Shown: positions 57,771-64,000 of the stretch, in pieces | Position numbering within the stretch: the stretch's first letter is position 1 | Layout: each line of letters opens with the position of its first letter | Source of the DNA: a virus | Lineage: Duplodnaviria > Heunggongvirae > Uroviricota > Caudoviricetes > Schitoviridae | Strand: one strand, 5' to 3' | Length of the DNA: 64,000 bases | IMG/VR virus record: IMGVR_UViG_2974672398_000001 | Span: 11,881-75,880 of that record | Notes under the pieces: model-generated | Databases searched by the model: none | The model's input: the letters and a program-made list of their open reading frames with translations, nothing else | Told to the model about the DNA's origin: nothing | Translations under genes and position numbers: made by a program

Positions 57771-57785
57771 AAACACGTAGTGTTT
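57771..57785 (-). promoter_or_regulatory. Conserved hairpin motif AAACAC-GTA-GTGTTT (candidate vRNAP-type hairpin promoter), copy 1
   Basis: 6-bp stem with a 3-nt loop. Intergenic, ~50 nt upstream of the RNAP II large-subunit gene. Same core (CACGTAGTG) and orientation as three other copies. Confidence 0.4.
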
Positions 57786-57947
57786 CTAAACTTCTAACAA
57801 CATCTCCAGTTTCATTACTTCCAAATTTTCATACTCAGCTATAACCTTTGCCCCTAATTCTTTCGGGCACGTAGAATTAGGGTTAAACCCTTACCAGTAT
57901 CTATTGCATAAGGTATGGTGTCCCCGCTCTCTGTATCACGGTACAGT

Positions 57948-58160
57948 TTAAACATCTTCAAGTATCTCCACCAGTCGCTGCTCTTGGTTTATCGGGTAGC
58001 TCTCAAGAGTAGCCACATCCCATGACATTTGGTAATAGTCACAGTTCTCGTTCTTACATGAGATAGAGCTGTAGTCCCTATTAACTCCACTCTCACGTTT
58101 ATGTAGCATGTCACCCTCACACATGGGGCATAGGTATTGCTTTTGGTTCGGTTCAATCAT
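57948..58160 (-). CDS. Zn-ribbon small protein (70 aa)
   Basis: CPMCEG...CKNENC. Confidence 0.35.
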   Translation of the reverse strand: MIEPNQKQYLCPMCEGDMLHKRESGVNRDYSSISCKNENCDYYQMSWDVATLESYPINQEQRLVEILEDV

Positions 58161-58386
58161 TCAATAAAATCTCTATCTCATATACAGGTAGAATATCGCT
58201 AACAGCGTCAACATCGAATAGGTGAGTACACGTTCCTATGGAGTACTCCACATCACGGCTCCACCAACTCTTAGAGTCGGGCACGTAATTTTCACTAGCA
58301 TTAACAGGGTTGTACCACCACGCTTTATTGTTATGTACAAGTAGAAACATACTACCCATACCGTTCATATACACACTAATCATCAA
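58153..58386 (-). CDS. Hypothetical early protein (77 aa)
   Basis: ORF coupled to its neighbours. Confidence 0.3.
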   Translation of the reverse strand: MMISVYMNGMGSMFLLVHNNKAWWYNPVNASENYVPDSKSWWSRDVEYSIGTCTHLFDVDAVSDILPVYEIEILLND

Positions 58387-58630
58387 CAGTCTCCAACATC
58401 TTGATCATTGGTAGTAGTTTTTCAAACTTTCGGTATCTCTCCTCATAACCTACAAACATACACTTACCGCAAGTATCTGGGGAGCCATCCCCATAACTAC
58501 AGTGAGTGCACATGTTCTGACCATTCCCGTCTGAGGTGATACGGAACAAGAGATTTGCATCATCTAAACGTCCAAGCTTGATCAACCACTCTAACATTTC
58601 TGCTGCTGTTGGTTCTGTAGGGTCACTCAT
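58376..58630 (-). CDS. Cys-rich small protein (84 aa)
   Basis: CTHCSYGDGSPDTCGKC. Confidence 0.35.
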   Translation of the reverse strand: MSDPTEPTAAEMLEWLIKLGRLDDANLLFRITSDGNGQNMCTHCSYGDGSPDTCGKCMFVGYEERYRKFEKLLPMIKMLETVDD

Positions 58631-58832
58631 CCATTATCTCCCTCATCTTTACGTACGCAATACGCTGTTTCATTAGTTTAACCTTATTGGGATTGCGGAG
58701 AGTCTCAAGCTCTCGCTCTAAGTTTTCCAGCACTCCCAAGTATTTGAACACTGATTTAGTTCCATCACCTAACGTCACCGGTTTACGGTAACGCAGGTAA
58801 GTATCTTCAAAGGATTCAGTTAGGTTACTCAT
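58623..58832 (-). CDS. Hypothetical early protein (69 aa)
   Basis: ORF. The ATGAGTGA overlap with the downstream gene was checked at the nucleotide level. Confidence 0.35.
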   Translation of the reverse strand: MSNLTESFEDTYLRYRKPVTLGDGTKSVFKYLGVLENLERELETLRNPNKVKLMKQRIAYVKMREIMDE

Positions 58833-59034
58833 CTAATAATCTCTCCATTTTGACTACTTCACGTGCTGTCATTAACAGATCGTACAAAGGTTTGAATGCT
58901 TTGCGGTGGTAACGTGAATAGTATGTAGCTATGTAATTAGACCACTCATGTATTTGGACATCGTTAGGTTCACGAACTTCAAGATTGTAGTCTCGAATGA
59001 AGTGAGCCAAGATAGTTTGATTACGTTTAGCCAT
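58825..59034 (-). CDS. Hypothetical early protein (69 aa)
   Basis: ORF only. Confidence 0.35.
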   Translation of the reverse strand: MAKRNQTILAHFIRDYNLEVREPNDVQIHEWSNYIATYYSRYHRKAFKPLYDLLMTAREVVKMERLLDE

Positions 59035-59281
59035 TTAATACCATCATTAGTTTAAGTTCTTCGGTGTTAAGCCCTTCAGCCTCAACTCTTATATTATTCT
59101 GTACATAAGGATCTTCACCTCGCACACCCTCGGCAGCAAGGTTTGTTTCGTATGAATCCACAGCAGCTTCGATGGTGCCTTTCCAATTGCCCCATTGAGT
59201 ATCTGATACCACTATCCAAGGTAGTTGGTGATCATTTAGATCTCTGTATAGTTTAAGCATTTTAACTCTCCAGCAGTTCAT
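59027..59281 (-). CDS. Hypothetical early protein (84 aa)
   Basis: ORF only. Confidence 0.35.
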   Translation of the reverse strand: MNCWRVKMLKLYRDLNDHQLPWIVVSDTQWGNWKGTIEAAVDSYETNLAAEGVRGEDPYVQNNIRVEAEGLNTEELKLMMVLNG

Positions 59282-59435
59282 AGGTATTAAGTAAGTCGAT
59301 TAAGTCGTCAAAGTCTTTTTCACCATTGAAAGGGCACTTACTGCATTCAACGTCTTTGCAGGCTAATATCCGGCAGAGTTTACCTCTACCATTCAGCTCC
59401 AATAACTCAATAAGTGCAGGTATTCTAGAATCCAT
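59262..59435 (-). CDS. Cys-containing small protein (~58 aa; the true start is the ATG at 59435, not the track start at 59618)
   Basis: SD AAGGAAG 6 nt upstream of ATG at 59433-59435. Overlaps the RNAP II small-subunit stop by 11 nt. CxxxxC...CxxC motif. Confidence 0.4.
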   Translation of the reverse strand: MDSRIPALIELLELNGRGKLCRILACKDVECSKCPFNGEKDFDDLIDLLNTYELLES

Positions 59436-60357
59436 CCACAACTTCCTTAACATGCAGGTCAACGATGCTCTTACGGAACACATCACCTTGCGTATTTGCA
59501 TGGTAGCCAGAAGCGTACTTACGTCCACGCTTATCAGGTTTATGTGCCATGTAGAAGCGGTTACCGTTCTTAACCAAGTAGCTGTACACCTCAGCAGAGT
59601 CACGCATGAACTTGTCATACTGTTCCTTACGCTTAGGGTCTTGCTTTAACTTCACTTGAAGCTTCAGTGGCAACAGGATTGATTCGGTAATGCCTTTAAG
59701 CATGTCCACATTCAAGCTAAGTGCTACACCATTAGCAATGTTCAATGTATCCAGACAGATGTCGCCATCGTGGTGGTTGAACTTACCTAGGATCAGAGAT
59801 CTCTCTTCACCTGTCATGTACGGTGTACTACGGTTATGAGTAAGCATTGCAGGCTTGCACACCATAGGTGGAAGGAACATAGCACGTTGAATCAGTTGGC
59901 TCGTGGTCTTACTTACTTCCCAAGGGTTAGTAATGTACCAGTACTCTTCAGTAATCATCTGACCAGTCTCTTCATCTTCAGACTCATACTCGCTATGCTC
60001 AAGGTCGAATAGATCTGCATCGGCCAGAACCACTAACACACGACAAGCCATTTCAATAGCGTCTGCCTTATCCATATTTCCATACAGGTGTGCTAGTTGA
60101 CCGGCAATAGCGCTAATCAACTCACGACGTTCATCCAAGGCCATTACTAATAGCATTGCTTCGTGTACCACAAGACTAGGCTCATCACCTAAGTCCATAT
60201 CATGTTCAGCACTCCAACGATATAGCGCCATTGAGGCTTCAAACATAACTTCCATCAGCTCTGGGTCACGTGCAATCTCGTTCTCTAAACGAGTACGGAT
60301 GCCTGCTTTGCTCAATGAAAGTTCAGTTGCTACTTGTACGTCTACGATATTTTTCAT
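59425..60357 (-). CDS. N4 RNA polymerase II small subunit-like (gp15-like, 310 aa)
   Basis: KPDKRGRKYASGYHANTQGDVFRKS matches the T7 RNAP DWRGRVYAVSMFNPQGNDMTKGLL region. PMVCKP motif. Sits upstream of the large subunit. Confidence 0.7.
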   Translation of the reverse strand: MKNIVDVQVATELSLSKAGIRTRLENEIARDPELMEVMFEASMALYRWSAEHDMDLGDEPSLVVHEAMLLVMALDERRELISAIAGQLAHLYGNMDKADAIEMACRVLVVLADADLFDLEHSEYESEDEETGQMITEEYWYITNPWEVSKTTSQLIQRAMFLPPMVCKPAMLTHNRSTPYMTGEERSLILGKFNHHDGDICLDTLNIANGVALSLNVDMLKGITESILLPLKLQVKLKQDPKRKEQYDKFMRDSAEVYSYLVKNGNRFYMAHKPDKRGRKYASGYHANTQGDVFRKSIVDLHVKEVVDGF

Positions 60358-60360
60358 GGG

Positions 60361-60588
60361 TTATTCCTCTAATAAATGAAGCATTCTTAATGTATCTAGG
60401 GTATCAAACTCACCAAGGAAGGTGAGGATGGTAGGGCTAAACTCATCGATATGGTGTTTATCCCTGTTCCACACGTAGTGTAGATCTAGCTCGAAGTCAG
60501 TAACTGAGTACCAACATGCCGTGTCACCACATATTACCTTGTACGGTGTTACTGGATCTGACTCGTCCTTATAGAACTCATATTTCAT
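60361..60588 (-). CDS. Hypothetical early protein (75 aa)
   Basis: ORF. The C-terminal LHLLEE codons embed the SD GAGGAA for the downstream gene. Confidence 0.35.
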   Translation of the reverse strand: MKYEFYKDESDPVTPYKVICGDTACWYSVTDFELDLHYVWNRDKHHIDEFSPTILTFLGEFDTLDTLRMLHLLEE

Positions 60589-60598
60589 GGTTTACCTC

Positions 60599-60883
60599 TT
60601 AGTCGTAGTAAGGTACATCTTCCATCAGTGCAAACATCTCAATTGCATTCACTAAATCTTCACGTGAATCATACTCACCTAAGAATTCACACTCTGTTGA
60701 AGGCCGTGACATATTAGTAAATTGGAATCGCTCACACTTACCACTCAAGTGCGCATCATAACGGTCTAACCACAGAGCGTTAAACGCTCTGTTTCTACTA
60801 GCGCACACCATAGCCCCACTTGGAGCGTATACACGGAACTGTCTAATCTCTTTACCCTTAGGTTCGAGGTACAATGTAAACAT
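60599..60883 (-). CDS. Hypothetical early protein (the true start is probably the ATG at 60883; the track gives a TTG at 60904)
   Basis: SD CUGGAGAG 6 nt upstream of ATG. Overlaps the upstream stop (TAATATG). Confidence 0.35.
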   Translation of the reverse strand: MFTLYLEPKGKEIRQFRVYAPSGAMVCASRNRAFNALWLDRYDAHLSGKCERFQFTNMSRPSTECEFLGEYDSREDLVNAIEMFALMEDVPYYD

Positions 60884-60884
60884 A

Positions 60885-61178
60885 TTAACTCTCCAGTAGC
60901 TCAAGTAGTTTTAGCTGATCAATAGCAGTTTCAACAGTACCTAAATAGTCTGCCTCATCTAGAAGTGAATTAAGCTCAGGGTACTCATCTTTAATGTGAT
61001 TAGGTAGAGTAGCCGCATTATCGCCAAACACGGTTTCGGTTACCAAATATTCCCCGCCAATGTGCAATGTTTTGCTGTTATCCATTTTAATTAGGTCACG
61101 TAACCCAACTAACACATTCATTAACTCTTGGTTCTGCATATCAATACTCCAACAGTAGTAGTAGTTTAATCTCATCAA
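60885..61178 (-). CDS. Hypothetical early protein (97 aa)
   Basis: ORF with C-terminal LKLLELLES tail. Confidence 0.35.
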   Translation of the reverse strand: MMRLNYYYCWSIDMQNQELMNVLVGLRDLIKMDNSKTLHIGGEYLVTETVFGDNAATLPNHIKDEYPELNSLLDEADYLGTVETAIDQLKLLELLES

Positions 61179-61389
61179 GGTGTTTAGCTTCAGCTTTCAC
61201 CTCATAACGCATTAACTCAGATAAAAGGACTGGATCCTCTTCAGCGGTTTCATGTAACTTAGTCTCTGACACCTCATCGATAGATGTACACCAGGATGTC
61301 CAACGAACTACGATGTCGAGTTCATCCACCTCGATGAGCATCCAAGGCGTGTACCAGTCGACCTTGTCATATAATAGTATTAGTCTCAT
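61141..61389 (-). CDS. Hypothetical early protein (82 aa)
   Basis: ORF only. Confidence 0.3.
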   Translation of the reverse strand: MRLILLYDKVDWYTPWMLIEVDELDIVVRWTSWCTSIDEVSETKLHETAEEDPVLLSELMRYEVKAEAKHLDEIKLLLLLEY

Positions 61390-61655
61390 TAGTCTTCCAT
61401 CAACTTAGCCATTGGCAGGTAGTCTTCAATTAACAGGATACGTTCAGCCCACATAGGAATACACTTAACTAAGGCCATACGGGTTTTATGCGAATAGTGG
61501 TACTTACCTACACCAGGGCCCCAATCGTAGGTATCCTTTCTAAGGAAAGGAAGCTTTAACTGCCTTTCACAGACACGTACTTCACACTCCAATTGGTACA
61601 CACTCATCATGCACATCTTCTTGGCGAATACTGCGTTATGTTTATTAGGGAACAT
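61389..61655 (-). CDS. Cys-rich hypothetical early protein (88 aa)
   Basis: ORF only. Confidence 0.3.
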   Translation of the reverse strand: MFPNKHNAVFAKKMCMMSVYQLECEVRVCERQLKLPFLRKDTYDWGPGVGKYHYSHKTRMALVKCIPMWAERILLIEDYLPMAKLMED

Positions 61656-61855
61656 ACTATCTCTCCGTTGATTTATTTATAGAACTTTACGTGGCAAGGT
61701 TCTACATTTACCGTCACGCACGCTTTAACGTAAGCTTCGTAGCTCACACCAGCTGCGACCAAGTCTTTAACGTTTTTTAAATGGTTTGCATTAGTCATTG
61801 TGATTTTCCTATCTTGTATAAAAGAGTGGCACACCCTAAGGCATGCCACGTATTG

Positions 61856-62128
61856 TTATGCGAATTTAACATCGCCTTTTGGAGCATTGTCTACAACATG
61901 CACTGTACCAACCAGCTTGAATTCGACTGGTTCAGAACCTTTCTCATCAGCAGCCATTTGAGCATTGATCATCATCTCGTGGATGTGCTTCTCAAGGTGC
62001 ATTGCCATGTCTTTAGGTAGACGGTGCTTGTTACCCTCTGTATCAACAACCTCAAGACGCAAGAATGCATCAGCAGGTTTGAAGTTAGAGTTAGTAGTTG
62101 AACGAGTAGTTGAAGTTTTACGAGCCAT
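61856..62128 (-). CDS. Small basic early protein (~90 aa, MARKTSTTRS...; the track start at 62164 is a TTG)
   Basis: The first in-frame ATG is at 62126-62128. Preceded by a long hairpin-rich leader. Confidence 0.4.
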   Translation of the reverse strand: MARKTSTTRSTTNSNFKPADAFLRLEVVDTEGNKHRLPKDMAMHLEKHIHEMMINAQMAADEKGSEPVEFKLVGTVHVVDNAPKGDVKFA

Positions 62129-62178
62129 AATATTGTACCTATTTAAATTGAATTGGGGATGCAACAGCGCATCATCTT

Positions 62179-62193
62179 AAGCACGTAGTGCTT
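62179..62193 (-). promoter_or_regulatory. Conserved hairpin motif AAGCAC-GTA-GTGCTT, copy 2
   Basis: Intergenic. Centre lies 58 nt upstream of ATG 62128. Same orientation as the other copies. Confidence 0.4.
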
Positions 62194-62496
62194 GATAACA
62201 CTCTATCTTGGCATAGAGAGGTGATTTAATGCGTAGGACACGCTCTTGATCTTTGTGTAAAGAGTTAAGCACCCTTACGGATGCTTAATAGTTTGTACTA
62301 CATGCCACAGAAGGCGTCATACACGTGAGTACGACCATAGAACACAGTTTCGTCTAGGTATAACATTAACTCTTGTATAGTAGAGAACTGCATTGATTGA
62401 TAGTGAATCATTACTTACCTGCCTTACGTTTAGCGTCTTGAATTGCCTTTCTAAGCTTACTTAGAGCGTCTTTGTTGTAGTTATTTAACATAGTAG

Positions 62497-62703
62497 CTAG
62501 TCCTGTAGTGCTTCAAGTACAGATTTCTTAGTCATACCGAACTTACGACACACAGCAGTAAGTTGCTTTTGATTGCCTGACTGTGCAGTATCACCACCAA
62601 CACCATATACACTTACAGTGATGCTACCATTGCGTAGTGACTGAACACGTACAGATTGGTTAGCTTGGTTAGTCATGCGGATTACTTTAGGGGAGATATT
62701 CAT
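62497..62703 (-). CDS. Hypothetical early protein (68 aa)
   Basis: ORF only. Confidence 0.35.
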   Translation of the reverse strand: MNISPKVIRMTNQANQSVRVQSLRNGSITVSVYGVGGDTAQSGNQKQLTAVCRKFGMTKKSVLEALQD

Positions 62704-62909
62704 AGTTATTACCTTATTACTTTATAGGATAGGTTTAATTAAAGTCTAGCTCTTGCTCATCTTCAATCTGTTCTAGATCATCTACTAACACATTGAACTC
62801 ATCAAATGAGATAGCTTGTGCAGTGATATTCTTTTCAGGTGCAGTATAAATAAACGAGTACATATCTATTCCTTATTAATGAGCACACAACATGTATGCT
62901 CTATTCATT

Positions 62910-63122
62910 TTAATCACGTAGTGATTCTTCACGTTCAGCACGTGCTTCTTTACGTTTCACTTCAGCATCAGCTATTGTATCGATAGACTGTGCACCACAT
63001 TCAATGTAGTGACAGATAATACGGATGATGTTGTAAGGTAATTTGATTAGTAACCAGATGTTCATTAGCATGTTATACACTCTCTTTAGTGATGGTTTTA
63101 AAGGTCTCATGTGATACATCAT
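62910..63122 (-). CDS. Hypothetical early protein (≤70 aa; start uncertain)
   Basis: ORF. Its last codons overlap a conserved hairpin motif. Confidence 0.3.
   Translation of the reverse strand: MMYHMRPLKPSLKRVYNMLMNIWLLIKLPYNIIRIICHYIECGAQSIDTIADAEVKRKEARAEREESLRD
62912..62926 (-). promoter_or_regulatory. Conserved hairpin motif AATCAC-GTA-GTGATT, copy 3
   Basis: Overlaps the last codons of 62910..63122. Upstream of a 206-bp region that holds a 43-aa ORF. Confidence 0.35.
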
Positions 63123-63423
63123 CCATGAGGTATTGCATTTGTATCCACTGAGTTAGTTCATTAATGTCTTTGAAGTCACCAATGATGTGAACAGTTTCCA
63201 AAGCAGTGACACATCCACCAGCCTCTACCATTGCGTGATAAGGCTCGCTTGTTCTATTTGGTATATCTAAGGCTGAACGGCATCGGTTGATGTTCTTTAG
63301 CATTGCATCAACATTAAAGACGAGTTCACCTATCCAACGGAAGGTATCATGCTCACTAAGTAAAGCTAAGCATGAAGTACCTGAAGTACCTGAGGTGTAC
63401 ATGTTGAACAGTCTTAATTTCAT
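63073..63423 (-). CDS. Hypothetical early protein (116 aa)
   Basis: ORF only. Confidence 0.35.
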   Translation of the reverse strand: MKLRLFNMYTSGTSGTSCLALLSEHDTFRWIGELVFNVDAMLKNINRCRSALDIPNRTSEPYHAMVEAGGCVTALETVHIIGDFKDINELTQWIQMQYLMDDVSHETFKTITKESV

Positions 63424-63469
63424 TTTGATTCCTGATTTAGGTTATAGAGGGTAGGATATTTTCGGGGTT

Positions 63470-63585
63470 AAGTATTAGTATAGGTATAGCCATTAAAGAC
63501 TATATCCATAGTAATAGAGTATAGGGTTAGTAGTTAGTAGAAGTATTAGTATACTTCTATAGTAGTATTAAGACTTGTAGTAGAT
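63470..63585. repeat. TAGTA-rich iteron-like low-complexity tract (~9 copies of TAGTA/TAGTAG)
   Basis: gtattagtataggtatag...catagtaatagagtatagggttagtagttagtagaagtattagtatacttctatagtagtattaagacttgtagtagat. Mostly non-coding, lying between two small genes. Confidence 0.6.
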
Positions 63586-63864
63586 GTCTTCTTCTACAGT
63601 ACATACACCATTTACTTGAGTAATATCTTTACGTTCTATCCCTTGTGATACAAGGACATGGATACATTTCATATCTTCTTTATAAGTACGCATATCTTTA
63701 TGAGCTTCTTCTATTAGTAGATGTATCACTAGTGTATTGATAGCAATGACAGCGAGTACAGCGATAGTAGCTTTAAGGGTATTCATAGTGTTTAGTCTCA
63801 TGTAGTAAGGGTTAAGGATAGAGAGATAATGTGGAATAAAGTATTTGAAAAGTACTATATTCAC
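63568..63864 (-). CDS. Small membrane protein (internal start likely; TM helix ATIAVLAVIAINTLVIHLLI)
   Basis: ORF. The track start is a GTG. A hydrophobic helix is present. Confidence 0.3.
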   Translation of the reverse strand: MNIVLFKYFIPHYLSILNPYYMRLNTMNTLKATIAVLAVIAINTLVIHLLIEEAHKDMRTYKEDMKCIHVLVSQGIERKDITQVNGVCTVEEDIYYKS

Positions 63865-63882
63865 ACTCCTCTCACCATCTTC

Positions 63883-63895
63883 CTCACGTAGTGAG
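63883..63895 (-). promoter_or_regulatory. Conserved hairpin motif CTCAC-GTA-GTGAG, copy 4
   Basis: Intergenic, upstream of 63568..63864. Confidence 0.35.
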
Positions 63896-64000
63896 TAATC
63901 TTTCCTACCCTATCTGTCTTACTCTTGTGTTGTGTGCCCGAAGGGCTTGTGTTGTGTAAAAAAAGGTAGAGCAGCCCTAAGGCTACTCTTCTTTATGCAG

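Noticed and set aside
36517-61655. C-terminal LLEE/LLED tails read as a shared peptide degron or interaction motif
   Set aside because: Nucleotide inspection of several junctions shows that the Leu-Glu codons form the GGAG/GAGGA Shine-Dalgarno of the immediately downstream overlapping gene. This is kept as a finding about translational coupling, not as a peptide motif.
1-64000. CRISPR array or other long direct-repeat/spacer structure
   Set aside because: No regularly spaced direct repeats were seen. The only repetitive tracts are the TAGTA region and a (GTTT)4 microsatellite.

Overview
This 64 kb window reads as part of an N4-like (Schitoviridae-type) podophage genome, shown in reverse orientation relative to the usual N4 map. 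The left third (1..20315, + strand) is a late structural module. In order it holds a large portal-sized protein, an acidic scaffold-like protein, the probable major capsid protein followed by a strong terminator, and several virion proteins. It ends in a 3366-aa virion-encapsidated RNA polymerase (vRNAP) that carries T7-RNAP-like motifs B and C and an unexpected N-terminal phage-lysozyme (GH24)-like motif. A bidirectional terminator at ~20.33 kb separates this module from a long leftward (- strand) early/middle module that converges on it. Read from the right end, the leftward module contains a cluster of small early ORFs and two N4 RNAP II-like subunits (gp15/gp16-like). These are followed by a MoxR-type AAA ATPase, a VWA/metallopeptidase protein, a family A DNA polymerase, a minimal ligase-like nucleotidyltransferase, a ThyX-like thymidylate synthase and a MazG-like protein. 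Further left are anaerobic (NrdD) and aerobic (NrdA/NrdB) ribonucleotide reductases, a PD-(D/E)XK nuclease, a primase-sized protein, a P-loop ATPase, an SSB-like protein and a RusA-like resolvase. Nine homing-endonuclease-like genes are scattered through this module (six HNH, five of them fused to AP2 domains, and three Cys/Trp-rich paralogs). Observations worth a second look:
- Four copies of a 6 bp-stem/3 nt-loop hairpin (NNNCAC-GTA-GTGNNN) in early intergenic regions, possibly vRNAP hairpin promoters.
- A membrane module made of an SPFH/HflC-like protein, a PspA-like coiled-coil protein and a CspA-like protein.
- Three tRNA-like loci with atypical structure: a 120-nt element with an insertion, a 78-nt tRNA with an enlarged anticodon loop, and a 3' tRNA remnant abutting an HNH gene.
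- A TAGTA-rich iteron-like tract at 63.47-63.59 kb.
- A recurrent C-terminal [LM]-L-E-[DE] tail on small proteins that is best explained by Shine-Dalgarno sequences embedded in overlapping genes.
- Two adjacent replication-module proteins that end in the same SLFG tail.
- A single + strand gene (moron-like) embedded in the leftward module.
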